Virus record (IMG/VR): IMGVR_UViG_3300035102_000151
Coordinates: 1-42,634 of that record
Origin: a virus
Lineage: Duplodnaviria > Caudoviricetes
Length of the DNA: 42,634 bases
Strand: one strand, 5' to 3'
Every line of letters starts with the position of its first letter. Position 1 is the stretch's first letter. This document shows, piece after piece, positions 20,891 through 32,811 of the stretch. The position numbers and the translations under genes were made by a program. A model generated the notes under the pieces. It ran no database searches. It was not told the DNA's origin and was given only the letters and a program-made list of their open reading frames with translations.

Positions 20891-23800
20891 TTATAATTCT
20901 ATTTCAAATTCAAAATCTATTAAAGCATTTGTATTATTTTTTATAGTTTCTGGAGAATCTAATAATTTACCTGCATATATAGTTCCTCCACCAGGAGATT
21001 GCAAATATAATTTTTTAATATCAATATCTCCCCCAGATTCATTTCTAATTGTTCTATGTACTTTATGAGAAATTGAATATGGATTTAAATCAAATCAATA
21101 TACTTTTATTCTATTACCTATATATGGTCAAAAAACTCCTGAACCATTATTATAAACAATTTCATTAGAAATTGATGATATTGAAATTTCATCTAATGTA
21201 GCATAAAAATCCTCATTTGGAAATAAAATATATTCAAAGTTTTTTGTACTTAAATCTAATCGAAGAATTTCTGGATAAGTTTCTATTACTTGTTGTAATA
21301 ATCCATCAGTTCATAATCCTCATCCTATTTCATTATATCGACCGAAAGAAATTAAATGTCATTCGTTCCCATCATTAATTTCAGTTTCATAAAAATTTAT
21401 AGGAGAACCATCTATATGAGTTATAAAAGTTGCTCGTGAATCATTTCAATTAATTTTAGGATATCCAAAATTATTTATATATATAGATATAGTGGATGAT
21501 TGAACAACAGAACCATTACTTAAATTTTCAGAATACAATTTTAAATTAAATAAATCAAAATTACTATTTTTTAAACCAGTATCAGATCCAACAGTTTTTA
21601 TTCATATATGAATAAAATTTGAATCATTAGTCATAGGATTAATTCATAAATCTTTTACTGGAATTTTATTTTTTATAATTAAAGGATTACCATGAGTTCC
21701 TGTATATCCATAATTTGAAAATCCCGAAGATCATTTATCAAGATTTATTCCATTATAGTTATTATGTATATCTTTTAAATCAGAATCAAATTTAAAATAA
21801 CTAATTAAATTATTAGTTGAAATAATAGAACCACTAATACTTCCTGAAATATAAGTTCTTCCGCTTCCAGAATTATATGAATCTAAAATTTCTTCATCTG
21901 TTAATATTCGTTTTCAAATTGATGTTTCATCTAAACTACCTGAATAATCAAAATTTGAAGGAGTACTTATTTCAGTTCCAACAAATAAATCATTTGTAAA
22001 ACCCGTAGAAGAAACATATCCATTAATTTCTTCTATTCCATTTTTAAATATTTTACAAATATTATTAAAATAATCTAATGTTATTACAATATAATATCAA
22101 GTATTATAAGATAATGAATCAATAGAAATTACTGGATTAGTACTATTTATAAAATTTAATTTAAAAAAATCTATATCTATATCTGATGTTTCTATAGTTA
22201 TTTTTCAAGAATTTTCTTTATAGAATAATGTACCAAAATTATAAGAAGGAGGTAAAGGTTTTATTCAAAAAGAATACGTATAACTCATATTATTTGTGGT
22301 ACCTTCTTGTCCAATAAATTCAGAATCAAGTAATTTTATTCTTTGAAAATTATTATCAATTAAAAATGAATTATTAATTATACCAGAATTAAATCTATTA
22401 TCATATTTAAATTCAAAATTATCTATAATTTTATTATTTAAATTTTTATTCATATCTCAATAACTATAAATATTTTGAATATTATATCCTTCTGGGGTTC
22501 CTTGATTAAGTCCTTCTATTTTTAATTCATAATAATAATCACTTCCTGTTGCTAATCATTGAACAGATAATAAAGTAGGTTTAGTTCAAGTATCAATATA
22601 ATAATCAGATCCATTTACTGTATATTCATAATTTTCAATTGGATATTTATATATACGAGTTTTATTATTTTCTGATATTAAATTATTTGAAAAATCTTTT
22701 ATTCTTAATGTAACATCAATATAATTAGCAAAACTATCTGGATGTAATGCAATTAAATGGGATAAAATATAATATTTATTTTCTATTAATTCTTCATTAC
22801 TTATTTTTTGTTTAATATATTCAATAGAATTACTTAAAATTGGCTGTATTTCATATCCATAATTTTCAAAAGATGCTAAACTTTGATAAATATTATCTAT
22901 TACTATTCAAGATGAACAACTAATTATATATGGAGTTGCTCAATATGGATTATGTAAATAAGAAGTTAATAAATTAGAAGTTTTATCTGAATAATCTTCA
23001 TCTGTAGATTCATTACTAAAATAGAGTAATTCTCCAGTATTTTTTCCATGTTCAATTGGATTTTCTGGAATTGATTCTTGACTTGAAATAGGATCATTAT
23101 CAATAGATAAAATTATTCCTTGATTTTCATCTCGTAATCCGGCAATTTGAATTTTATTTGTTGTACTTATTCCATTAAATAAATCTGATAAAAAATCTGC
23201 AAAATTTTGTAATAAAATTCATTGATTGCTTTCATTTTTATTTATTCTAATTTCATAATTAATAGTTACATTATCATCTGGCATTAATATAAATGGTGAA
23301 GACAATAAATCTCTTGCCATTAAAATTGAAAATCTATTAAATTGTACACCACTATCACTATTATAAGAATCTTGGGTAGGAACAGATCAAAGAGTTATAT
23401 CATGAATAGTTTGAGTTATTGAAGAAATATTAGTAAAAGTTTTAGAAATTTTTCAATATAAATAATTATTATCATCATCTTCTAAAAAATCTGAATATAA
23501 AACATCATTAGTATATGAAATATCAAATCTTGAAATAAGACCACCAGGATAACTTAAAATATTATTATTATGATTATAAGAATCATCATAATCCCCTGCA
23601 TATTCTAATTGTCCATTAATTGGATGACAACTGGAATAATCTCCTAATGAAACAGGTCTATTACAATTTCCTAAATGAATTCCCCCTCCCCTTGAAAGAG
23701 AATCTCCTCTTTTAGTAGGATCTAAACATAAAAGACTTTTTATTTCACTTTGAGTAATAGTAACATTTCGGGTTCTTCAAGGATAACGAAAAAATATATT

Positions 23801-23992
23801 AAAAAGATCGACTCCTTTTATACTGGTAATTGAATTATTAGCAAATAAAGATACTAATAATTTATGAAATTGATAAACAAAAGAATCTGATTTTTTTTCA
23901 TAAATTTTTTTATAATTTCCAGTTTTATTTATTTTTCCATAACTTACATATAATTCTAAATTTTTTAATATATTTCCACCGTTAAAATTCAT
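20891..23992 (-). CDS. large baseplate/tail-fibre-like protein with LamG domains, 1033 aa in code 4
   Basis: Single frame joins the track fragments. YSFWIKP...NTWYYIVIT...GSLDETSIWKRILTDEEI. Paralogous to 23992..25584. Confidence 0.8.
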
Positions 23993-25584
23993 TAACCAAC
24001 TTTCATTTTAAAATTAAATTTTATATATAATACTTCATCATTTGAAACAGTAACTGGGGTATCTAATAATTTACCTCCTATGGGGTTATAAGATTCTTCG
24101 GCTCTTAAATAAATTTTTCTAACAGTAATATCCCCCCCAGATTCATTATGTAATAGTCTATATACAGATCCCATTTGATCATTTGCTTGAGTTTTTATAT
24201 CTTTTATTTTTACAATATCTCCTGAAGATCCAGATAGAAAATTTATTTTTAATTTATTATTTGTTTCTGTTGCTTCTCATGCTAAACTTGATGTTATAGC
24301 ATTAGTACTTCCAGTTTTTAATAAAAATAAATTACTATTATAAATAGTTGAAGTATTTTCATTATTTCTAATTTCTAATTTTGTATAAATAGGATTAGTA
24401 TTTGATGATGAAGCATAACTAATTAAATCAGAATTATAACTATTACTAATAATTAAATTAGAAGCATCTGTCATAATATATGCATTATCAGTATTTAATG
24501 TAACTTCGTATTCATTTGTATTAAAAGACATTGAGCAATTATTAATTGATCAATTTCCAGTATTATCAACAGAACAATTATCTGAAATATCTCCCCCCCT
24601 TGATCCAGAACTATCATATCAATCTCATTCTCTTAAATGTTCATTGCTATAATAAACTAATTCTCCAGTTCCTTTTCCATGCGGTATTGCTCCTGCCATA
24701 CCACTTTCATCTTTTATAATTGAATTAGAATCAGTCGATGGTACTATTCCTCGTACTAATCGTAAATCTGTCAATTTAAATTTATCCTCTTCATTAGTAT
24801 CATTTGTTCTCATTAAATAAACTATATTATAAAAAAACTTATATATTCAATATCAATTTCCTAATTCATCTGGAGTTAATCTTATTTGATATGAAACTGT
24901 TTTTGTTTCATTATTTGGTATTGTAAAAGTGGTAGATAAAATATCTCTTGCTAATAAAAATCCCATTCCTGGCGAGGGCGGAGTGTTTATGGTATTTCAT
25001 AAATATAAATATCTATAATAAATAGAAGAAATTAATCCTAATTCAGATACTTCAATATCTTCACCACTGTGATTTGTAAAATCTCTTGTTATTAATCATG
25101 AATAATAATTAGGTTGAATATTTATTGGGTTTGATACATTTCTTTGTCCATAAATTAATTGTCCTAAATCAGTTCCATTTTGTATAAAATTTTCTAATCT
25201 AACATCATTCATTTTTACTGGAGTAGTTCCAGTACCAAGTGAAATACAATTATAGTCTATATCCGCAGAGCTATAATCTAAGCATAAAGCAGTTGACTCA
25301 GGGCCTGTAGTATAATCTCACCTTCACTGTACATCTTTTTGAATTAAATCATCATCAAACCCACTAAATTTAAATGATAAATTTCTTCAATAAAACATCA
25401 TTACAGATATAAATTTATGAAAATTAGTAACAAAAGAATGTCCTTCTTCTTCATATTCTTGAATATAATTTCCATTTTTATCTTTATGACCATATCCAAT
25501 ATAGATTTTTGGATTTATAGTATTAGTTATTTCTATTAATTTAGATGATTTATTTGATAAATTTATATTACTTTTAAAATTCAT
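23992..25584 (-). CDS. baseplate/tail-associated protein, 530 aa in code 4
   Basis: Four track fragments share one frame and are separated only by TGA. LGTGTTP...FTNHSG...ELGL...LLARD. Confidence 0.8.
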
Positions 25585-25592
25585 TTTATTCC

Positions 25593-26066
25593 TTAACTAT
25601 TTGTTTGAATTTTTCAATAAATTGTTAATTGATCAGTATTTTCTAATGGAACTGCTGAAGCAAAAATATAATCCGCATATCCAACATTAAAACTACTTGA
25701 AGCATTTTCATAATTAACCCCCATACTGGCGCTTAACATAAAATTACTTCCTGAAGATATATGTACTCCTTTTCATGTATGATAATATAATCCAGTTTCA
25801 TATAATGATGAGGAAGTTTCTAAAATTGATCCTGAATTATTAATTAAAAAAATTCCATCCTTTCCTTCAGTTGGAGGATTTGATGATTGTGATTCAAAAT
25901 ATCCATTTATTCCCATAGATTGACTAACATTTATTGTATTTGTTTCCATACAATTTCTAACAAATAAATTTAAAGCTGTATTAATACTATTATGATCTTC
26001 TTCTATTATTTGATCATTTTTATAAACAGTAACAGTTCCTTTTAATTTTAATTGTTCATTATTCAT
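25593..26066 (-). CDS. hypothetical structural protein, 157 aa in code 4
   Basis: LKGTVTVYKND...DQLTIYWKIQ. 2 TGA. Confidence 0.75.
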
Positions 26067-26110
26067 ATTTTAATTTCCTTTTTTTCTAAAAATTTTTACT
26101 ATTCTTTTTT

Positions 26111-26118
26111 ATAAATAT
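26111..26118 (-). promoter_or_regulatory. putative late promoter
   Basis: ATATTTATA in the intergenic gap. Confidence 0.45.
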
Positions 26119-26137
26119 TTTATTATTTTTATTTATA

Positions 26138-26869
26138 TTAAAATATTTCTTGTCCATTTATTTTTTTAATATTAGTTAAATATTTTCCGTTTATTTTTTT
26201 AATGTTAGATAATGGTATATTATTTACTTTATTAAATTTTAAAAATTTACCTTGTCCATCATTATATAAATCTTCAATTTCACTAGTCGATAATACTCTA
26301 TTTCATATTCCTACTTCATCAATTTTTCCATTTGTTCAACCAAATTCAGGAGGATCGGAAAATCCAGAAGTTCCAATACAATCAATAGTATTATTACTTT
26401 TTATTGGGGTTGAATAATTAAAACTACTTTTTTCTTCATTATTAATCTGTAAGGAAATTTGATATTTATTTCATGTAGCAGTAATCATATTTCATTCATT
26501 AATATTTAATGAAGAACCAGTTAATTGAAAATAATCTGATGATATATTTCTTACTGCAATATATGATTGACTTGTATAATTTCTTGTACCAATGCTTAAA
26601 TAATTATTTTTATATAAAGAAAGAAAATTTTGATAAAATTCAGTCGTACCACCTTTAAAATAACACCAACAATTAATAGTAAATGATGTTAAATTAGAAA
26701 TTTCATTAATTACAGAATAACTACTTGAACCGTTATAATTCAAACAATTGTTATATATACCCGATTTAATATTAGTATTATAAGTAGATCCAGTTATTAA
26801 ATTAATACTATCTTTAATGGTTGAATCGTTTAATGAATAATAACTTATTAATCCATCTTGTAATGACAT
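26138..26869 (-). CDS. LamG/concanavalin A-like domain protein, 243 aa in code 4
   Basis: GLISYYSLN, FTINCW, NEWNMITATW, GKIDEVGIWNRVLSTSEI. C-terminal NIKKING repeats. Confidence 0.88.
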
Positions 26870-26881
26870 TTTTTTATTCCT

Positions 26882-27343
26882 TTATATTAATTCTATATAT
26901 TGACTAGAAGGATCAAAATATAAACTACTTGTATTAAAACTTCTTCCAATTTCTCTAACAATTTCATTAGAACCAGTTGGTTCATAATTTTGAATACTTC
27001 CTGTGTCAGTTCCTACATAATATTTACTACCAGTTTCTAAATTAGTAAAATTTTCAAAATAACCTCTTAAAAATATTGAACTACTATAATATGATAATCC
27101 TAATAATCCATCACATTTACTACTTGAAATTGCAGTAGCATTATATCATATATTATCATTATTTAAATAAACTAAATTATTATGATTTACTGTACTATGA
27201 GTTGTTTGCCCTATTAAATATTCATTTTTTAAATATTTTGTTTGTATTTTAAAATTTAAATTATCATTAGTTTCAACTACTATCATATCAGTATTTCTTA
27301 CAATATTTAATCCATTTAATTCACTTATTTTTTGATCCGCCAT
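26882..27343 (-). CDS. putative virion fibre/decoration protein, 153 aa in code 4
   Basis: MADQKISEL N-terminus. LVYL...W...G.KYYV...G.I....P......V..IG pattern. Confidence 0.7.
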
Positions 27344-27357
27344 TTTTTATTCCTTTT

Positions 27358-28893
27358 TTATTCTTCGTCTACTAATAAAATTCTACTATTATCATCTGCT
27401 AATAATATAAAACTATCATTTGCTAATTTTAATTTATTTCCTGTGGTTTCTTTTTGATATGTAATTTCATCTGATAAAATTAAAGTTTCAATTAATCTAT
27501 ATTTATCTCTAATTTCTATAAAGGTATCATTTAATATTATATTTTCGTATAATCTATAATTATCTCTAATTTCTAAAAAATTATCCGATATTATTAAATT
27601 ATCTTCTTTTGATTTAATTAAATTAAAATTTAATGTATCATTTGTATTTATAATATCTTCTTTTGATTTAATTAAATTAAAATTTAATGTATCTAATGTA
27701 TTTATATTATTATTAAAAGTATCATTGTGAATAATATCTTTTCTTTGTTTATCTGCTAATAATAAATAATTAGTAATAAAAATAGGGCCTTGATATTGAA
27801 ATATATCATATAAATATAAATTTTCTTCTATTAAAAAATTTGGTTGATTAATTGTAATAGAAAATAATGAACTTGGATTTCAATTATAATGAATACTTGA
27901 AGTTTCTGAAATTAATTCAAAGTCCATCATATTAGTATTGATACTTGATGATGAATTTTGTATTCTGGAAAAAGATTGACTTGTTTCAAAATAATTATCT
28001 AAAGAAATAGTAAATTCAATTTTATCTGAAATTTCAAATGTTTGTAATTCATATGTCAAATAATTTCGAATTTGATTAATAACAAAAGAAGGATCTGCCG
28101 TAAATACTTCTTCAATATCTCCATATTTAATATTTCCTTGTTTATCTTTTGCATAAGATCTATAAAAATATGTTGTTAATGAACTTAAATTTAAAGCAGT
28201 AAATTTATGACTTCCATCTCCAAGACTTCCACTTGTCATTATTTTTTTTTCAAAATTTGTTAAAGTTAAATAAGGATAATCATTATTATTAAGTATTGTT
28301 GCATTTTTATTAAATATTAAAATATTTGAATATCTAATTAAAGTATCATCGATTATAGATTTTACATAAAATCCATATTTTTGTCCATTTTTTAATCCAT
28401 TTCAAAAAATAAATCCTGTTTCACCGGAATTAATATTTTCTGCTATTCCAATTAATTCATTTGTTATATAATTATAAAAATATAAATCCGCTTTTATTCC
28501 AGTATAAGTAATATCTGCACTTAATCTTACTGGACTTTCATGCGGAGGAGATAAAAATTGATCAGAATCATACGGGGTATAATAATTTATTTTTTCTGAT
28601 AAATGCAAATATTCATTAATATTAATAATAAAATTTGTTTTTTCAATATATTCTTCAGTATTAATAGCAGTTAAATTTGTAGGAGCAAAAGATTCAACAT
28701 CTTCTAATTTACTTACTAATAATCCTACTTCTTGTAAAGGTCTTGCCCCAGCATTATTAATTCTTGATTCCACATTTGAAATAAAATTTTGACCAACTTT
28801 TCCTCTTGATAAATCAGGTTCCGTTGTTATATCATACCAAGAATCCCCTCAGTATCAATTAAAAAATTCTGATTGTTTCATATAGTCTGACAT
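27358..28893 (-). CDS. structural protein with FN3-like segments, 511 aa in code 4
   Basis: TAATG-coupled start MSDYMKQSEFFNWYW. LNLSSLTTYFYRSYA...YG. Confidence 0.75.
27500..27700 (-). repeat. coding tandem repeat (~54-57 bp unit)
   Basis: atcttcttttgatttaattaaattaaaatttaatgtatc is exact at ~27601 and ~27655. ttatctctaatttcta occurs twice upstream. Confidence 0.8.
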
Positions 28894-31175
28894 TAACTTA
28901 CCTCGATGTATTCTCCATTATAATTAACTTTAATTCGTGTATCATCAATATCACAAATAAAACAATCTGCAATTCTACCTTTATACTTAAATTGTATAGT
29001 GGAATTTAAAGTAAAATTATTTTTAGTTCAGGTTCCCTTATAATCTTTAAATTCTAATACTGATCCAGTAGGTAAATTAGATGGAATAGTTAAAGTAACT
29101 TCATTATCTGAGGTATCTACTAAATAACTACCGGTATAAATAGTATCATTTGATTTTTTTAAATATCATTTAGGTCAATTTATATAACTTCCAGAAGATA
29201 TTATATTTCCTCCACTTGAACCAGTTTCAAATCCTATAAATTCATGATAATTAGAATATAATTGTAATAAATTATTATCAAAAGAATTTATATATTCACC
29301 AGTATCATCTTTTAATAAAATTTTAAAAGAAACAATATCATTATTAATTTGATTTGGCATTAAATAACTGGTACTGTAAGTTTTTACAATTTCATCATCT
29401 ATTGTATCTACCCCTAATAATTTTCAATTTTCAATTGTTTGATTAAAATAAGTATTTCTATAAAAATTAATATTATCTACTGTTAAATAATTTTTTTTAT
29501 TAGGGTTCGGAGTTGCTGGAGGATTATAAGCAGGATCTGCTGGAGGAGTTATTCTGGGATAATTATTAAATACAATTTCTAATTTAATTTTATTAATTAA
29601 TTCTTCCTCATTACTTAAATCGAAAGTAAATTCATTTGTTGTTCAATTTTCAATTGCTTTATTTTCTTCAGTTTTTCATATTTCATAACCTCCAGTAATA
29701 CTATTATATTTTAATAATCTTGCTCTATATCAATAAAATACATTAGAACATTTTGAATCAATATTTAATTTATATTCTTCTGGAAAAACATAAAAAGGTT
29801 CAGATGTAATTATATTTACATAAGGAACAGTAGGAAAACTTTCTGGTCTGTTTGGTCCTTTTAAAGAAAAAGAATTTTTATCACTATCAAAAGGGGAATT
29901 TGAATCTATTTGTCAATTACCTTCAACATCTTTAAAAGATAAAGTATTTAAATTTACTTGATTTCATCCTTTAAAATAATTATTTTTATTATTTCCTCTA
30001 AAATGTCCAATTTCTTCTAATAAATTATTTTTTTTTCTTTCAAATTTTCTATATAAAATAATATTATCTAAATCTATTCTATAAGAAGGCGGAGGTAAAC
30101 AAGAAATAATTAATTTTGTATTAATGGCGTTTTCATTATTTAAATTAAATTCATATAGAAATTGATTTCAATTATTATCTAAATCTGGATTATCATTTAA
30201 ATTACTTCCAGAATAAATAGTAGCAATATTATATCAAAATGAATATTCTTCATCATATTCATTTTGTTTATACAATGAAAAATTAACATTATATGAATTA
30301 TAACCGGGCATTGAAGATGATATATTTTCATTAATTCTCCCTTGAAATTTTAAATAATATGAACCAGAATATACACTAAAAGGAGTTTTTTGAGATAAAG
30401 TATAAATATTTTCATTTGACCCAGTTGGAGATGAAAAATATAAACTTGTTGGATGATCTATATCTAATTCTCCATTTATTTCAGATTTTATTCAATTATT
30501 ATTTTCTACTTCCCATCCTAAAGGATGAATTATATTATTTTTAAATCCTTCTGCTGCAAAATGTCCATTAATAATTAAATTATTTGAAGTTAAACTTGTA
30601 TTATTTAATATTTGATAATAAACTTCTATAGAATTTAATTTACCTGAATAAACTTCTAAATTACTTAATCTTATAATAGCATAACTATTTCCATTATCAA
30701 TATTTTCAGAAATACTATCAATTTGTGGATAATTTATAAATACTGGGGTAGATGAATTTTTAATATTTTTATTAATAACAATATCGGATTTTCAAATAAC
30801 ATTTAAATTATTTAATCCCCCAACTTTTTCAGAATACCCTTTAGCAGTTCCTGCTGCATAAATTGTTGCAATACCATTATATAACCTATCATCAATTTCA
30901 AATCAAACAATTCATCCAGGTTCTGTTATTTTACTTTTAACCCCATTACATTTAATAGGATTTCCAATAGAATCTTCTATTTCAATAAATATTTCACTAT
31001 TTTGTACTAATTTATTTGAGCCATAAACAATAAAATTATGTCTACCTTTACTATATTCTTTATTTGAAAATCCATAAATTTTAAAATATTCTGAATTTGG
31101 TTCTTTATCTAAAATTTTGTATTTTTTATTTTTTAAATTTCATTTTTGAAAAGTTGTTATAAGCCCAGTTGACAT
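28893..31175 (-). CDS. large structural (baseplate-like) protein, 760 aa in code 4
   Basis: GGAG SD and late motif upstream. Frame length is divisible by 3 and includes track fragment 29175..29360. Checked codon by codon only for the N-terminal third. Confidence 0.72.
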
Positions 31176-31215
31176 GAATTATTTTTTTCTCCAATAATAT
31201 TTTAAATATTCAATA

Positions 31216-31223
31216 ATAAATAT
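31216..31223 (-). promoter_or_regulatory. putative late promoter
   Basis: ATATTTATTATTGAA. Confidence 0.6.
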
Positions 31224-31279
31224 TTTTTTATAGTTTTTTAACATGAAAGAAAAAAAATTAAAATTTTAATAAAAAGTTC

Positions 31280-31308
31280 TTGTTTTTTAATAAAAAATTC
31301 ATTATATT
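31280..31308 (+). promoter_or_regulatory. sigma70-like early promoter (repeated cassette)
   Basis: TTGTTT-17 nt-TATATT, flanks nearly identical to 5011-5104. Confidence 0.8.
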
Positions 31309-31346
31309 TATAATGTAAATAAGATAATTAAAAAGGAGAATTTAAA

Positions 31347-31580
31347 ATGAATATTAAAATAGAAACAAGTTTTAAAAATGGATTTCCGGAATCAATGATA
31401 TATATTAATAATATAATTAAATATATTTGGGCAGGAATAGGAAATGAAAAACATTATTTAATAGATGATAATGGTAATACAATTTATTTACCAATTAAAA
31501 TTATTAAAAAATTAACATATTCAAGAAAAAAAGAAGATATTGAAAAATATTTAATAAAATATATTATAAATAATTTATAA
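31347..31580 (+). CDS. hypothetical early protein
   Basis: AAGGAG SD, own promoter and terminator. Confidence 0.75.
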   Translation: MNIKIETSFKNGFPESMIYINNIIKYIWAGIGNEKHYLIDDNGNTIYLPIKIIKKLTYSRKKEDIEKYLIKYIINNL

Positions 31581-31604
31581 TATTTATTTTTTATTTTATA
31601 AAAT

Positions 31605-31639
31605 AAAAAAAGACCATATATTTTTATATATGGTCTTTT
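31605..31639. terminator. bidirectional terminator ending the tRNA array
   Basis: A7-GACCATATAT...ATATATGGTC-T4. Confidence 0.8.
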
Positions 31640-31695
31640 GGGTATTGTAAATAAGATTAAAAAGGAATATAACTATGAATTTAAAATAAATATAG

Positions 31696-31767
31696 TTGCA
31701 GTGACGAGATTCGAACTCGTAATCTTGGGAATATGAGTCCCTTATCCTACCATTAGACCACACTGCG
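31696..31767 (-). tRNA. tRNA-fMet (CAT)
   Basis: Cloverleaf, C1:A72 mismatch, GGG/CCC in the anticodon stem. Confidence 0.85.
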
Positions 31768-31829
31768 ATTTTTAATTTCTTCTATTTTTAAATATCTTTT
31801 CTCAAATATAAATATAATTTACATAAATA

Positions 31830-31858
31830 AATATAATAATTTCATTTATAAAATACAA
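31830..31858 (-). promoter_or_regulatory. sigma70-like promoter for tRNA-fMet
   Basis: TTGTAT-17 nt-TATATT. Confidence 0.7.
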
Positions 31859-31907
31859 GTATTAATTTTATAAAAATTTTTTTAATTCCTTTTTATTAAT
31901 ATATTAG

Positions 31908-31979
31908 CAGGCAATAAAGGATTTGAACCCTTAGAAAACGATTTGGAGTCGTTTATGTTACCAATTACATCAATCACCT
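31908..31979 (-). tRNA. tRNA-Trp (CCA)
   Basis: AACGA-CT CCA AA-TCGTT anticodon arm, U11:A24. Confidence 0.9.
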
Positions 31980-31986
31980 ATTTTAG

Positions 31987-32072
31987 CGGAAGAAGAAGGA
32001 TTTGAACCCTCGGGATATTTTATATCCAATGCATTTCAAGTGCATCACCATAAACCACTCGGACATTCTTCC
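31987..32072 (-). tRNA. tRNA-Ser (TGA anticodon)
   Basis: ATGCA-CT TGA AA-TGCAT, long variable arm, G73. Confidence 0.9.
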
Positions 32073-32079
32073 TTTATTG

Positions 32080-32152
32080 TGGAAGCAGTGGGAATCAAAC
32101 CCACCACATCAGCAGTGCAAATGCCAATCGCCCTCTTGGTACATGTGCCCCC
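32080..32152 (-). tRNA. tRNA-Ala (TGC), atypical D-arm
   Basis: G3:U70, TT TGC AC loop, C8 instead of U8. Confidence 0.75.
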
Positions 32153-32159
32153 ATATTTG

Positions 32160-32230
32160 TAGACTTGGATAGAATTGAACTATCATTTTAGGTTTATAAG
32201 ACCTACATTCTTCCATTGAATTACAAGTCT
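32160..32230 (-). tRNA. tRNA-Ile (TAT)
   Basis: TAGGT-CT TAT AA-ACCTA, A73. Confidence 0.85.
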
Positions 32231-32240
32231 ATATAAAAAG

Positions 32241-32323
32241 CGGAGATACTAAGACTTGAACTTAGACAAACTTTCGTTTGATTCCTTAGCAAGGAATTGC
32301 TATACCCGTTAAGCGATATCTCC
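32241..32323 (-). tRNA. tRNA-Ser (GCT)
   Basis: ATTCC-TT GCT AA-GGAAT, long variable arm. Confidence 0.88.
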
Positions 32324-32334
32324 ATATTTTTTGC

Positions 32335-32617
32335 CTATTTTATTTCTTCTTTCCATTTTTTATCATTTAACCAACATTCTATTGGATTTAATTTTTTATT
32401 ATTACCATTTTTACAATAAACTCAATATTTATATTGAAATATACCACAATTTTTTTTAAAAAAAAATTGTAAGTATTATATGTTCATTTTCACTTTGAAA
32501 AGATATTATATTTTCAATATCATTTTCTTTTGATTTGATTGCTGATATTAAATTAAATTTATATTTTTTTGAAAATTCTATAAATTTTTCTAAATATTGT
32601 CTTTGTTAATTATTCAT
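32335..32617 (-). pseudogene. disrupted small ORF inside the tRNA array
   Basis: ATG AAT AAT TAA, then an open frame to a T9A8 run. A one-base shift continues to ...NPIECWLNDKKWKEEIK-TAG. Confidence 0.4.
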
Positions 32618-32651
32618 AATTAAAACTTTCTTTATAAATTATTGAATCTCG

Positions 32652-32722
32652 CGGAGAAGGTCGGAATTGAATCGACTTTATTAGGGCGACAACCTAACGC
32701 CTTTCCAAATGGCTACATCTCC
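32652..32722 (-). tRNA. tRNA-Asp (GTC)
   Basis: TTAGG-TT GTC GC-CCTAA, G73. Confidence 0.85.
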
Positions 32723-32727
32723 ATTAG

Positions 32728-32801
32728 TACTGCTACCGAGATTTGAACTCGGAATTACAGGATTGAAAGCCCTGTGGCTTAACCATTTTGCCCATAGCAG
32801 T
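32728..32801 (-). tRNA. tRNA-Glu (TTC)
   Basis: CAGGG-CT TTC AA-TCCTG. Confidence 0.88.
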
Positions 32802-32811
32802 ATTGATATAG

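Noticed and set aside
31987-32072. tRNA with 'TGA' in the anticodon loop as an opal suppressor
   Set aside because: Anticodon UGA reads Ser UCA. The body is a normal class II tRNA-Ser. A suppressor needs anticodon UCA
32728-32801. Loop CTTTCAA read as anticodon TCA
   Set aside because: In the symmetric 7-nt loop, positions 34-36 are TTC (Glu)
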